From positions 736 to 64,735 of the forward strand of contig CAZWMG010000006.1 of the NCBI GenBank assembly GCA_964634945.1: a stretch of 64,000 nt of DNA, given 5' to 3'. This document shows positions 27,050 through 38,205 of the stretch, one piece after another (position 1 is the first letter of the stretch; each line of letters starts with the position of its first letter). Below the pieces are notes generated by a model that was given only the letters and a program-made list of their open reading frames with translations, made no database searches and was not told where the DNA came from. This DNA comes from an uncultured Planctomycetia bacterium. GTDB taxonomy: Bacteria; Omnitrophota; Gorgyraeia; JABMRG01. The position numbers were made by a program, and so were the translations under genes.

Positions 27050-29574
27050 TTATCTGACCCTAATAATAGGGACAGGTTTCGCGTTTACAGTAGCGGTGAA
27101 AGAAGATATATCACTACTGCACTCTGTACCGGAACCATCGTCTACCGTAAGAACGATTTTGTATCTCCCGGGTTTGGTATATACATGAGAGACGCTTGCG
27201 CCTTCACTGCCTGTATCGTCTCCAAAATCCCATGTATAAGTAAGTATATCTCCATCCGGATCATAGGAATTAGAGCCATCAAATCTCGATATTGTGTCTA
27301 CGCAGCAGGCAAGGCTTAGCCCTGCGTCAGCTACCGGTGGGGTATTAACCCTAATACTAACCGTATCGACGGATGTAGAACATTCATAATCACGGCCATC
27401 ATCAACTGTAAGCTTTACAGTATAGGTGCCGCCTTTCTTATAGGTATGGCGTATGCTGGAGCGGCCAAACTGCGTTGAACCATCTCCAAGATCCCAAAAG
27501 TACTGCAATGAATCACCATCAGGATCATTAGAATCAGAGCCGTCAATTGTTATCGATTTATTGATACAGACGATGCGTGGCGCATCGATATTAGCGATAG
27601 GCGCTGTATTTACATCAGCAATAACAGTCGCTATCGCCTCTGAACACCTGGTATTTCTATTATCATTTACAGTAAGTCTTGGATAATATCTTCCGCCTTT
27701 TTGGTAGGCGTGTGTTGTCTTTACCCCCTTGCCCGTTGTGCCGTCTCCAAAATCCCATATGTAGCTTAGTGACTCACCATCCTCTGTTATGGATTCTGAG
27801 CCATCAAATACGACATCATCGCCAACGCATATCTTCGAATCTCTTGTCTGTATTGATGGTGATGGTGTCTTATTCAGATCTACGCTTACAGAATCAACAG
27901 ACACACTACAAGCTGAGCCTGAACCGTCATCTACGGTTAACGTTGCTGTATAAGTACCGGGCTTTTCATATATATGCGTAACTCTCTTGCCTTCTTTGAA
28001 TGTTCCGTCACCTAGATCCCATGAATAGGTAAGCTTATCTTTATCAGCGTCATACGAACCTGAGCCGTCAAAAGTAACCTTATAAGACTCTTGGTAATCT
28101 TCCAGACAGATATCAACATCGCCTCCGGCATCAGCTATAGGCGCAGTATTTACGCGTATCTTCTGCTGAATAGTATCTGTACTGCATGTTGAATCTTCAT
28201 TATCATCAACAGTCAGGCTTATCTTATATAGGCCTCCTTTTTCATATATCTTAGTCACACGCACACCTTCAACCTTGGCCCCATCACCTAGGTCCCAGTA
28301 ATAGCTTAGATCGCTTGATGAATCATCCTGGGTTTCGCTCGCGTCAAATACTATTTTATCGCCAACACATAAACTTTCTGGATAACTAAACGCTGCCTTT
28401 GGAGGTGTGTTTACCTTGATAGTCTGAGTAGTCGTCGCTGTGTCACATTCAAGGCCTGAATTATCCGTAACTGTCAACGTAACGGTATAGGTTCCGCCAT
28501 CTTCATAGAGATGAGTAACAACGGGTTCTGTACTTGTTTCACCGTCTCCAAAAGACCAGTCGAACGATAATTTCTGATTATCTACATCATAGGAATCTGT
28601 CGCGTCAAATGTGAATTTATTACATGTAATATCCTTTACAGGCTTTAGGACCGCCTTGACAACAGCCGGCATCGGCTTACCCTTGATAACCGGTATCGGC
28701 GCGTCACCTTTTGTAAAATATATAGGAAGTATATTACCTTTATCATCATATACTTTTATACCCGCATGCGCGTACTTTTGGGTACCTTTTGTTATGACAT
28801 ACTTGAGCCTTCCACCTGTCATCGCGTTTACAGGGATCTCGGTCTTTCTCCATTCACCTGTTAGGGAGTCAGCTACATTGTACTCCTTTTTGGTCTCTCC
28901 AAAAAGTATGTCACGTCCGGCGAAGATCTCACTTGTGCCGCCTTTCGCGTCCAAATCATAATTTTCAAGCACAATATATTCAGTATCAGCTGAGACCTGG
29001 GGATAAAAATACATCTTATCTCCCTTATGGCTCAATAGCCTTATGGTTATGTCTTCACTAAAGCATTCAGCGCTCTCCGGTAAGATCCTGAATCTAAATA
29101 GATTCGCGTCATCACCCGTAAGGCCCTTTACAACTACCTTGAAACGATAAGCGTTTTCCATCTCTTCACCCTGAGACTTACTATAAGGGCCAAACATGTA
29201 AAAGGCCCTGTTATATTCACCTGATCCAAATTCTCTACTCGCGATCAGATCATCTCCATAGATAGAAAACTCTGTAACCGTATCCCAGGCATTGTTAGAG
29301 TCTGTCCTGAAATCTTTATGGCTTCCTGTATCAGGGTCATATACCTCAATAGTAAGATCCGAGGCCTCTCTCTTTGGAACATCAATAAATAATGTAAATT
29401 CATTATCTTCCGCGCCCAGAAGCGGGTCTCCTTCCGCCCCAAATACATAAAAGTATTTTGCTTTTGATCTATCTTCAGGAATATCCTTCGCTACCGAGCT
29501 ATTTACAGCAACTAAAGATAAAGAAGATATAAAAATAACAACTCCACATAAAACTTTTTTAAACATTTTCAAAA
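27050..29574 (-). CDS. secreted protein with multiple PKD repeats
   Basis: At least six repeats of the type 'F[DS].S.S.D.DG..L.Y.WDFGDG....G....H.Y...G.Y.V.LTV.D'. The preferred start MFKKVL at 29574 is preceded by 'AGGAGG'. Confidence 0.7.
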
Positions 29575-29816
29575 CCTCCTGTATAGTTACGTTTATAAAA
29601 ACCATTTGATTATTTTTAAAAGATTTGAACATCATGCAGTATATTATATCTGCGTGATTTTGTCAACCAATACTTTATAATTTTTAATATATTTACACAG
29701 AAACCATAGCTTAGCGATATTGCGGATTTATTACGCGTATAATGAGCAGATAAGGCCTGATGACTTTCTGCTAAATAGAGTATCTGCATACATTCTGTCT
29801 TTTAATAGGCGCGCTC

Positions 29817-30770
29817 TTATTTCTCTTCGTATAGATGCACGTCTCTCTGCGGAAACGGTATTACTATGCCCGCTGTTTTAAATTGCTCGTTTATCTTTTT
29901 ATTGATAGTAAAAAGCAGTGGCCAATAGTCCGCTTGCTTGCAGCGCAACCTGGCATGAATATTAATACTTGAATCAGCAAACTCTGATATACCCACTATG
30001 GGCACAGGCGACTGCGCAACACGGCTATCATTTGTTACTATATCCTGTACGATGCTTACAGCCTTATCTGTATTTGACTCATAACCTACACCTACTGTGA
30101 CATCAAGCTTCTTAAACTCTGAATAATTATGTATTATTTCACCAACTATCTGTTTATTAGGTATGACTATCAGGGTGCCTCCTATTGTCTTTAGCTCTGT
30201 TCTGGCAAGAGTAATATCCTGAACCTCACCTACGGCACCTGAGACCTCAATTATATCTCCAACCTTAAAAGGCTTTGTGAATATTAATGTTATGCCTGAG
30301 GCGTAGTTTGACAAGGGCCCTTGCAAAGCAAAAGTCGCGCCGAAACCAATAACACTTAGACCCGCTATGAATGGGGCTATCGTAATACCGAATTTGCCAA
30401 GGGCGATAAGTCCTGATAGCATTATAATTATGATTTTTACGATACTACACGCGAATTTACTGACCGTAACATCAACATTGTGTTTTTCTAAAAACCTATT
30501 CAGGAACTTGGATACAAACTTAGCGATTACAATACCTAGTATAAAAATTATTAAGCCGCCCAATGCCTGGAAGCTATACTTTACAAAAAACTCTGTAATA
30601 AGGTCCAGGAGCTTTTTCGCGGTGGTGATCTCAGAAGCGAACATCGCCTGTGGCGATAAGATAGCGGGCGCGGGCGCTTGAGATGCTTCCTTCGCAAGGG
30701 TTATGCCCTGAAACATAAAAATAGAAACAAATGAAAGCTTGCATAATAAAAATAACCTTATTCTGTTCAT
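29817..30770 (-). CDS. mechanosensitive ion channel (MscS family)
   Basis: TM region plus 'FKVGDIIEVSGAVGEVQDITLARTELKTIGGTLIVIPNKQI', the MscS beta-domain signature. Confidence 0.8.
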   Translation of the reverse strand: MNRIRLFLLCKLSFVSIFMFQGITLAKEASQAPAPAILSPQAMFASEITTAKKLLDLITEFFVKYSFQALGGLIIFILGIVIAKFVSKFLNRFLEKHNVDVTVSKFACSIVKIIIIMLSGLIALGKFGITIAPFIAGLSVIGFGATFALQGPLSNYASGITLIFTKPFKVGDIIEVSGAVGEVQDITLARTELKTIGGTLIVIPNKQIVGEIIHNYSEFKKLDVTVGVGYESNTDKAVSIVQDIVTNDSRVAQSPVPIVGISEFADSSINIHARLRCKQADYWPLLFTINKKINEQFKTAGIVIPFPQRDVHLYEEK

Positions 30771-31369
30771 TCCTGCTTCTCCTTACTTTTACCGGTTAGA
30801 AATTTAAAGGCCTTTTTAACGAACTTAAACATGACCTTTAAGAACCATATTGAAAATATTATAAAGCATATGACGCAAACAGTCGCTATAACAGGGTGCT
30901 TTATTACAAGATATAGCATAGTAAGTACAAGCCCGTCTTCTGTAAGACTGGCAACTGAATTAGTAACAGGCTCAGGAGATGTGTTTATCGCAACACGCGT
31001 TGTGGCTTTTGTAAGATGTGAATCCGCGGCAACGGTGCCGGTGAGCAATGCTACGGGGATCTGTGCTACGGGGCCCATATCCGCCATAGCCATAAAACCA
31101 AGCAAAGCGCCGCCCGCGGGCCTTATGAAGGTATGCACGCTATCCCATGCTGAATCAACAACCGGTATCTTATCAGCGAAAAATTCCACCGCAGCCATAA
31201 GAACAGCCACGGCTATTATCAAAGGGTGTGATACTACATCCATATTTCCGGGCAGGTCCACCATTTTGAGCCTGTCCGCGATCCCTAATCCCGCGACAGT
31301 CAGATAGAGATTAACGCCTGATGCCCATGAGGTCCCAAGTAAGACGCCTATATTGCTTAACGCATCCAC
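30767..31369 (-). CDS. membrane protein, possibly DUF4126 family
   Basis: Four predicted TM segments. GTG start at 31369 preceded by 'GGAGG'. Confidence 0.45.
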   Translation of the reverse strand: MDALSNIGVLLGTSWASGVNLYLTVAGLGIADRLKMVDLPGNMDVVSHPLIIAVAVLMAAVEFFADKIPVVDSAWDSVHTFIRPAGGALLGFMAMADMGPVAQIPVALLTGTVAADSHLTKATTRVAINTSPEPVTNSVASLTEDGLVLTMLYLVIKHPVIATVCVICFIIFSIWFLKVMFKFVKKAFKFLTGKSKEKQE

Positions 31370-31456
31370 TTTATTTGCCTCCGAAGAGAAGTTTTAGCTT
31401 GCCTGTTATACTGCCTGCTATCTCGATTAAGATCTTTCCGGCATTATTAACCATCA
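31370..31456 (-). CDS. possible 28-aa peptide ORF (MMVNNAGKILIEIAGSITGKLKLLFGGK), paralogous to the C-terminus of the 33986..34774 protein
   Basis: A ~70-nt stretch (31376-31445) is about 85% identical to 33990-34060. The reading frame is kept, and its stop lies 1 nt before the GTG start of the downstream gene. Confidence 0.25.
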
Positions 31457-31480
31457 TGTTATCCCTGTTTTTATTTCCAC

Positions 31481-32749
31481 TTATTTTCCGAATTTCCAAT
31501 TAAAGGAAAAACCCAAGACATTAACATGTTGATTATAATCACCTGATAGTATGCGTCCGCCAGAAACTACTTGACTATTAATCGGGGCACTTCCTAAATC
31601 TATAAACTCATAATTAAGGCATATATTGCTGTTTTCATTTAAATTATACTCAAGGCCGGCTCCATAACGCCACTGTCTATCAACCGGCATATCTGGTAAT
31701 CGATCGCTATCAGACGCTACAGGATCGCTATCATAAGAAAAACCAATTTTAAAAAGAAGTGGATCAGCAACTTTAATATGCGCTCCAAGGCCTATTCTCC
31801 ATGTATCCTTCCAGTCACGTTTTATAGTGACAGCGCTGCCTGAAGACGTAGTTATTTCGGTCTTTTCCATCTCTTCCCAATTTGCCCATCCGGTATCAAA
31901 GACTAAAGCAAGATTATCAAAAACCTGCTGATAAAAGCTGACTATAACATTTTGGGGGAGAGTGAGATCTGTTTTTCCATAAGTACTCTCTAATCCCAGT
32001 ATATTCCAAATAGCACCGGCACCTGTGATATCTATATCTCCTTCTAGCGCAAAATCAACTTTAGAACGATATGCGGCGCCTATCCTGGTGCCCTTCTGTG
32101 GTTCAAGCAAAATACCAAAATTATAGCCACCTGCCCAATCATCAAATTCCATCTCTATTTCACCATCTGGGATAACTGGATTATAAAGAGCCATATCCTG
32201 CTTCATATAAGCATAATAAAGCGAGCATCCACCTCCTAATGATAGCCAATCCGTAACCTTATACGCTAAGACAGGATTAATATTAATTACTGCTAATAAG
32301 TTCTCCTCTACAAGGTACCTGCCTTTCCAACCATCATCATAGTCAAGGCCAAGGCCAACCGGTGTATTTAGAACAAGCCCTACACGTGCTTTAGGGGAAA
32401 GCTTTTGCGCATAATATAATCCTCCGCTTGGAAAGACACTACCGGCATCTCCACCATCATTTCCTCGCCTTGTATTTTTTGCGTCAGAGCTAAACTCCAT
32501 AGATGTAATAGATGCGCCGCCTCCAAGGAGTACTTCAGATCTTTTGAGCCGTGTTAAACCAGCGGGATTAAAATATGCAGTGGACGCATCATCCGCTAAT
32601 GCTGCTTGTCCAGCACCTGCAGTACCTATGCTCGGTTGCCCTAATTCATAAGATTGTATGCCCGCGGCATAAACATTTATTGTAAAAAGTGAAATAAAAA
32701 AAATTACTACCGCAGATGCAGTCAATAGCTTCGGCTTTTTACTAATCAT
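31481..32749 (-). CDS. outer-membrane transport protein, FadL/OmpP1/TodX family
   Basis: The signal peptide is followed by 'ALADDASTAYFNPAGLTRL', matching the FadL-family 'ADDASAvfyNPAGLa' motif. Beta-barrel-like pattern throughout. Confidence 0.65.
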   Translation of the reverse strand: MISKKPKLLTASAVVIFFISLFTINVYAAGIQSYELGQPSIGTAGAGQAALADDASTAYFNPAGLTRLKRSEVLLGGGASITSMEFSSDAKNTRRGNDGGDAGSVFPSGGLYYAQKLSPKARVGLVLNTPVGLGLDYDDGWKGRYLVEENLLAVININPVLAYKVTDWLSLGGGCSLYYAYMKQDMALYNPVIPDGEIEMEFDDWAGGYNFGILLEPQKGTRIGAAYRSKVDFALEGDIDITGAGAIWNILGLESTYGKTDLTLPQNVIVSFYQQVFDNLALVFDTGWANWEEMEKTEITTSSGSAVTIKRDWKDTWRIGLGAHIKVADPLLFKIGFSYDSDPVASDSDRLPDMPVDRQWRYGAGLEYNLNENSNICLNYEFIDLGSAPINSQVVSGGRILSGDYNQHVNVLGFSFNWKFGK

Positions 32750-32798
32750 AATATATTGTCCTCCTTTTCTAACCGCTTGCCTACATTGCTTTTTTTAA

Positions 32799-33620
32799 CT
32801 ATTTTCTTTTTGCGGGGAAAAGCAGCTGTATTTGAAAACGAACAGACCAGTCCGGTCCTATCTCTGGTTTTACTACATTATAATAACTCTGCAGAGACGC
32901 ATTAATCGGCTGCTTGCCAAAACTAAACACTTTTCCAAGGCCGCCGCCCAAAGGCACAGTCCATTGATCATCATTATCATCCGCTTCCCAGTTAGCGGTA
33001 ATAATTGGAGATGTTGATACGTACCAGCCATCAGCCATATTATAATTAATAAATGGCTGCATAAGCATGGCATTAACATCTTTACGGTCATCGTCACCCG
33101 CATATGACCACTGGTTACTAACTAGAGCGCCATATACCCAGGGGCCATTAATAGAAAGCAGGACACCTGACGGCCCAGCACTCCACTTTTTTGAACCAAG
33201 CTTCTTATCCGTAGCTGATGGAAATGTAAACGTAGGGCCAAGGCCCCACAACCACTTAGAAGGTTTAGATGGGGACAGGAATATTGTTGGATTTATGTCT
33301 CCTAACCCAAACTTAGTGCCTGAACCCTCTGTTAATTCCGGAAGATAAATTATTGGGACTATTGTTCGCGTTATTACATTCCAATCTTCGTTCAATTTAA
33401 AAGGGATTACGGGCTGGACATTGAGTATATACCTCATCTCATCTTCCGCTCCATAATCAAAATCAAAATTATTTTGAAACGGTACGCTTATCATATCAGA
33501 TATTGGATTCTGAGCTGCTTCGGCTAGCTGCATAGTATCTTCTTCCTGAGCCAAAGCTATCTGCGCAGACAGCGCCAATACGCTAATAATTACTAATAAG
33601 AAACGTGTCAATCGCATCAT
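32799..33620 (-). CDS. putative outer-membrane/secreted beta-barrel protein (transporter-like family)
   Basis: Signal peptide 'MMRLTRFLLVIISVLALSAQIALAQ' and a Gly/aromatic-rich alternating pattern. Confidence 0.4.
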   Translation of the reverse strand: MMRLTRFLLVIISVLALSAQIALAQEEDTMQLAEAAQNPISDMISVPFQNNFDFDYGAEDEMRYILNVQPVIPFKLNEDWNVITRTIVPIIYLPELTEGSGTKFGLGDINPTIFLSPSKPSKWLWGLGPTFTFPSATDKKLGSKKWSAGPSGVLLSINGPWVYGALVSNQWSYAGDDDRKDVNAMLMQPFINYNMADGWYVSTSPIITANWEADDNDDQWTVPLGGGLGKVFSFGKQPINASLQSYYNVVKPEIGPDWSVRFQIQLLFPAKRK

Positions 33621-33985
33621 AGCTCCTCCTTAAGTAATTTGTTTATTACTCTGCCTGAAAACGTAAAGACCTGTAATAACTGCCGTATATCATATAAGAA
33701 TGCATGCCTTACATGACAGACAGTTATTACCGCATAAAACCTCTTCTTCTTTAACCGATTTTATTCTTTTACTTCGTAGGATTGTACTTAGAAATCTTGG
33801 TTCCCTGAAGTCCCAGCCCTGCCATCAACCCTTTTGTATTGAAAAAGAAAGTATAAATGCCTTCCTTAATTGATGTAGTACTAAGTGTTCCGGCAACCTC
33901 GGAATCAACAATAACAAGGTGTGGCGCGCTGCCTATTTCCCAGCCGCCTGAACGGTCAAGATAAGCCAAATCATCCGGCTACCAG

Positions 33986-34774
33986 CTATTTGCCTCCAAA
34001 GGGGAGTTTTAGCTTGTCTGTTATGCTGCCTGCTGTCTCGGTCAAGGTCTTTCCGGCATTGCCTACTACCTTATCAGCTGTCTGAGTGGCAATATGCTGT
34101 GCTGATGCCAAGGTGTTACCTACGGTATCCTGCAGCCCTGTGATATCAAGCTTGATAAGTTTTCCAATAGTGGTATTCATAACTACCTTCATAACAATAA
34201 GACTTACCAGGGCGTTAGGGTTTGTTATATTCTCATAGCTCTCATCAATATCCACGTTAAATTGCAAGACATATGGCTTGCCACCTTTTGAATAATCCTT
34301 ATAAACAACCCTGCCTATCTTAAGTTCCAGCCGGTCTATCTTAAAATCCCCTTTGGCAGATTTTTCTTTTTTAGCACTCGGCTTCTTCCCTGCTAAATCT
34401 TGGATAGTCTTTAATGAATCCAGGTTAAGCAGGCCATCCTTATTCTTTACTATAAAACACTCTTTCAGATGCAGCTTCACATCATATAAATGTATGTCAC
34501 CTTTAACTATGGCGGGAAGATCATAATCTACATACACCTCAGGCAGATCAACCATAACCTTGTCCTCAAAACCCTTGGGGTTATAAAGGCGAATATCTTT
34601 AATGCCTACGAGAGTCTTAATAAGGCCTATATTGAGGCTGCCTATTTTCAACTTAAGCCCTGTGACTACCTTAGCGCCCTTTTCAACACTGACCTTAACT
34701 ATCATGTTCTTCATGCCTGATAGTAATACAAATACAATAACAACTACAGCGATTACAATGCCTATTTTCTTCAT
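33986..34774 (-). CDS. membrane-anchored hypothetical protein
   Basis: N-terminal anchor 'IGIVIAVVVIVFVLL' with a Lys-rich body. C-terminus 'GNAGKTLTETAGSITDKLKLPFGGK' is repeated as a peptide ORF at 31.4 kb. Confidence 0.45.
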   Translation of the reverse strand: MKKIGIVIAVVVIVFVLLSGMKNMIVKVSVEKGAKVVTGLKLKIGSLNIGLIKTLVGIKDIRLYNPKGFEDKVMVDLPEVYVDYDLPAIVKGDIHLYDVKLHLKECFIVKNKDGLLNLDSLKTIQDLAGKKPSAKKEKSAKGDFKIDRLELKIGRVVYKDYSKGGKPYVLQFNVDIDESYENITNPNALVSLIVMKVVMNTTIGKLIKLDITGLQDTVGNTLASAQHIATQTADKVVGNAGKTLTETAGSITDKLKLPFGGK

Positions 34775-34904
34775 ATCGCCTCCTTGTTTAACTCCATGTG
34801 ATTATGCGGATATATACATATATTAATATATTACAAATATAGAGAATTTTTGTCAAGAGAAATTAGGGCAAAATATGGCCCCTCAAATAGGTCGGGATGG
34901 GAAC

Positions 34905-35591
34905 TTAAAAACGAGCATTCAAGCTAATCGCTACAGCCTCTGAATCAAAAAAACTTGCTTCTACATTAAGCCACATCTTTTCCGTAACAGGTATATCAGC
35001 GCCTGCGATAAGGCCGATACATTTTCCTGTATCAGACATGTGACGTTTTCTGGTATTATCTATCCAGTTGATATAATCTGTACGAGATAAACGCGTACCT
35101 GCATAAGGCGTGATAAATGAGAAATCATATGAACCTAAAAGAGATAACTGCCAATCATCAAGAACTGATTTATACTTTTTATTATTCTGGCGTACTGTAA
35201 AAGGATGCACGCTAATGTGCTGGAAACCTCCAACAAATTTTACCTTATCCTTTTCAAATAATTTAACGCGAAAACCATACCCTCCATCAAATTTAGCGCT
35301 ATAATAGACATTATCTTTTGGGGCGTCGTAACGCTTGATATCACCCGCGCCTACCTTGAGGTCAAGGCTTAACCAATCGAATATACCATAAGATATAAGT
35401 AAAAAACTCTGATTACTACGTATTTTACCCTGATCTGGCTCAAGCTCCCTCTCTAAGATTCCGTAGTACTCAAGTCCTGAAAAAAATTCACCCTTAACAG
35501 GCATCTTTGTGCCGTAACACGGCGCTGCGTATGATGCTATTGGCGCAAGAAGCACTACTAATAATAAGATAGAGACAAATAGTCTATTCAT
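34905..35591 (-). CDS. outer-membrane beta-barrel protein
   Basis: Signal peptide, alternating hydrophobic pattern and C-terminal '...SLNARF'. Confidence 0.5.
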   Translation of the reverse strand: MNRLFVSILLLVVLLAPIASYAAPCYGTKMPVKGEFFSGLEYYGILERELEPDQGKIRSNQSFLLISYGIFDWLSLDLKVGAGDIKRYDAPKDNVYYSAKFDGGYGFRVKLFEKDKVKFVGGFQHISVHPFTVRQNNKKYKSVLDDWQLSLLGSYDFSFITPYAGTRLSRTDYINWIDNTRKRHMSDTGKCIGLIAGADIPVTEKMWLNVEASFFDSEAVAISLNARF

Positions 35592-36092
35592 TGTTACCTA
35601 TTTTATCACTTTTTTTAATAGCCGCAAGCAAAATCCGCAATAACAACTATACACCAGTGCAAAACTAGTCACTGCCGCCAACTTTAAACTTGGGGGTAGT
35701 TTTCACAGAAACGCTCGCAAACCCCTGCGAGGTTTGCTCACTCCGTTTTGTTGCTCATTCATACAATTAAAACAACGTGGAAAAACCATGCCATTCGTAA
35801 CAAAAAGGTTCTGTTCCAAACCACCCCCAAGCCTAAAGTTTACGCAAGGTGTTTACTGCATGCTATTCTCATCATATATATCCGAAAGGTTTCGTTGCAA
35901 TCAGAGCAGGACCTTGTTGATGCGAGCGGGCAAGGTTTCCGCCGAAGGCGGAAGAGCGAACATCAACGCGGAGTACAATTTTACACGCCGGGGAAAATTG
36001 TACGCTCCTGCGGAGATTGGCTACGAAACCTTTTGGCTATCATAAACGAGTTTTTGTTGTGAGATCAAATGCCTAATGTTATACTATAAAAC

Positions 36093-36953
36093 ATGAAAAG
36101 CTCACTCCATAACCAATACAAGAAATGCACACTATGCGCCAGGAAGTGCAATGTTGACAGAACTAAGGGCGAACTTGGTTTCTGCGAAGCTAGCGCTGAG
36201 GTTGTTGTAGCATCATATATGGTGCATCGTTTTGAAGAACCGCCTATAAGCGGAAAAAATGGTTCAGGCACTATATTCTTTAGTTATTGCACTGCTCGTT
36301 GCTCTTATTGCCAAAACTACAATTACAGCCGAGGCAAGCATGGCAGGGCAACAACAATACAAAGACTCGCTGAAATAATGCTTGAGCTTGTGAAAAAAGG
36401 CTCCCATAATATAAATCTAGTCACCCCTACCCATTACATACCCACTATCCTATCGGCACTTGATATAGCTAAATCAGAAGGCTTGAGCGTGCCTATCGTA
36501 TATAATACAAATGGCTATGAATCTGATGGGGCCTTGGAGATGCTAAATGGATATGTCGATATATATATGCCTGACGCGAAATACTCTGATAATAAACTAG
36601 CGGAAGAACAATGTGGCTTCATTGATTACAGCAAATATAATATGAGTGCTCTTAAAAGAATGCGTCAACAGGTGGGAGATCTTGAGACAGACAAAGGCGG
36701 CATAGCTAAAAAAGGCTTACTTATAAGGCATCTGGTCATTCCAGGCTATATTGAGAATACAAAGAGCCTACTTGAGAAAATATCTGAGGAGATATCCAAC
36801 AAAGTCCATATAAGCCTTATGAACCAGTATTCGCCAATAGCACAGGTAAGAGAGCATCCGAATCTTAAAAGACGGCTTGATGTTGAGGAATATGAAGAAT
36901 CCAAAGCATATTTAGAGCGCCTTGGCTTTTTAAATGGCTGGATACAGAACTAG
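36093..36953 (+). CDS. radical SAM protein (PflX/AmrS-like activating-enzyme family)
   Basis: N-terminal 'CTLCARKCNVDRTKGELGFC' cluster plus the canonical 'CTARCSYCQN' (CxxxCxxC). Confidence 0.6.
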   Translation: MKSSLHNQYKKCTLCARKCNVDRTKGELGFCEASAEVVVASYMVHRFEEPPISGKNGSGTIFFSYCTARCSYCQNYNYSRGKHGRATTIQRLAEIMLELVKKGSHNINLVTPTHYIPTILSALDIAKSEGLSVPIVYNTNGYESDGALEMLNGYVDIYMPDAKYSDNKLAEEQCGFIDYSKYNMSALKRMRQQVGDLETDKGGIAKKGLLIRHLVIPGYIENTKSLLEKISEEISNKVHISLMNQYSPIAQVREHPNLKRRLDVEEYEESKAYLERLGFLNGWIQN

Positions 36954-36978
36954 CTTTCACAGCTTTACCGCACAAGGA

Positions 36979-37524
36979 TCATTGCTCAATCATTGTCATG
37001 ATCTTTCGCTTTGCCCTCATAAGATTATGCGCCACGGCATTAGGGCTCATATTAAGCTCTACAGCAGCAACATTATAGGAGAGCCCCTTAATACTGCACA
37101 ACTCTAAAACGGCCCTGTAATTGTAGGCTAACCTATCCATAGCGCTTAAGAGCATATCCATGTGCTCTTTCTGCTGGGTCACGACATCCGGAGCCTCAAA
37201 CTTTGTATCAACTATTATATCAGAGAGTTCTCTGCATCCCTGATCAGATCCTATTCTCCTATTCAAGGACTCCTTGCATGAATATTGCTTACTTCTCGTA
37301 TAATTATAGGAGAGATTACGCGAAACCGTATACGTCCATTTCAGAAAGTCTGTTCGATTGACTATCTTTTCAAGATTCGTATAAGCGCGCATAAATGTTT
37401 CTTGCGCTATATCTTCAGCGGCGTATCTCTCATTATTCAGTAGGCGCGTGACTCGCGAATGTATCTTTTTAAAATACCTCTTGTAGAAAACCTTAAAAAT
37501 TCTTTCTCTCTGATCATAGGACAT
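36979..37524 (-). CDS. ECF-type RNA polymerase sigma-70 family factor
   Basis: Region 2 'AEDIAQETFMRAYTNL' and region 4 'LSYNVAAVELNMSPNAVAHNLMRAKRKI'. Length 181 aa. Confidence 0.75.
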   Translation of the reverse strand: MSYDQRERIFKVFYKRYFKKIHSRVTRLLNNERYAAEDIAQETFMRAYTNLEKIVNRTDFLKWTYTVSRNLSYNYTRSKQYSCKESLNRRIGSDQGCRELSDIIVDTKFEAPDVVTQQKEHMDMLLSAMDRLAYNYRAVLELCSIKGLSYNVAAVELNMSPNAVAHNLMRAKRKIMTMIEQ

Positions 37525-37580
37525 TTTATTCCTCCTTTTCGGGGAGCATAAATGCTCCCCGAATAAGAAAATTGTTGTTT

Positions 37581-38027
37581 TTAATATTCTGTCGCGTTTA
37601 TTTTATCTAGCTCTATCATCTCTTCATCTACATCCTTGTTCAGGCTTCCATCTATATGTTCATCCATATATTCATTCTTCTCTTCTACCTTATCATCATC
37701 AGGCAGATAAAAAGTCGCGGCATCTACCGCACCCTTTGTAGTATTTACCACGGCCTTACCCGCGCCTTTTATGGTACCTACGGTAACGCCTTCTACCACA
37801 TTCTTCTCTTGGGTAGTATCAGCCATCTCCTTAGGTACCTCTGCCCATCCGGTCGCGGTCTCCTTAACACCTTCTGAGAGTTTCTCAACAGGTTCTTCCG
37901 CTGCTAAGGCCGGCAGAACAAGGGCCAGTAAAAGAATATACGGTGGAAAGAACTTTATAAGTCTTCTCATGCTTACCTTTCTTGATTTTACCTCATTATG
38001 TTTCTTCCCCATCTTGCGTTTCTTCAT
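37581..38027 (-). CDS. membrane-anchored TIGR04073-like (exosortase-system-associated-like) protein
   Basis: 'KLSEGVKETATGWAEVPKEM...GVTVGTIKGAGKAVVNTTKGAVDAATFYLP' parallels the KL.RG..N...GW.E.P...G...G...G.....F..P pattern seen in 41506..41859. Confidence 0.4.
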   Translation of the reverse strand: MKKRKMGKKHNEVKSRKVSMRRLIKFFPPYILLLALVLPALAAEEPVEKLSEGVKETATGWAEVPKEMADTTQEKNVVEGVTVGTIKGAGKAVVNTTKGAVDAATFYLPDDDKVEEKNEYMDEHIDGSLNKDVDEEMIELDKINATEY

Positions 38028-38205
38028 GGTTCTTACCTCCTATTTGTTTTTTACCTTATCGATTCTTATCCTGAGCATATGCGAAGGCGAAACCTCTATC
38101 TGAATAAATTCAGCTGCCTTTGTCTCCCACCTAACCATCACAGGATCACTGCCTCCTTTCTTACCTGTCCAACGAATGTTCATGCTCTTCTCCTTTTTAA
38201 GTGTC

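Noticed and set aside
35734-36062. Two overlapping + strand ORFs (103 and 104 aa) in the 35.6-36.1 kb gap
   Set aside because: They overlap each other in different frames and have no RBS. They also read straight through strong hairpins that recur in another non-coding region. I treat the region as non-coding structured DNA/RNA.
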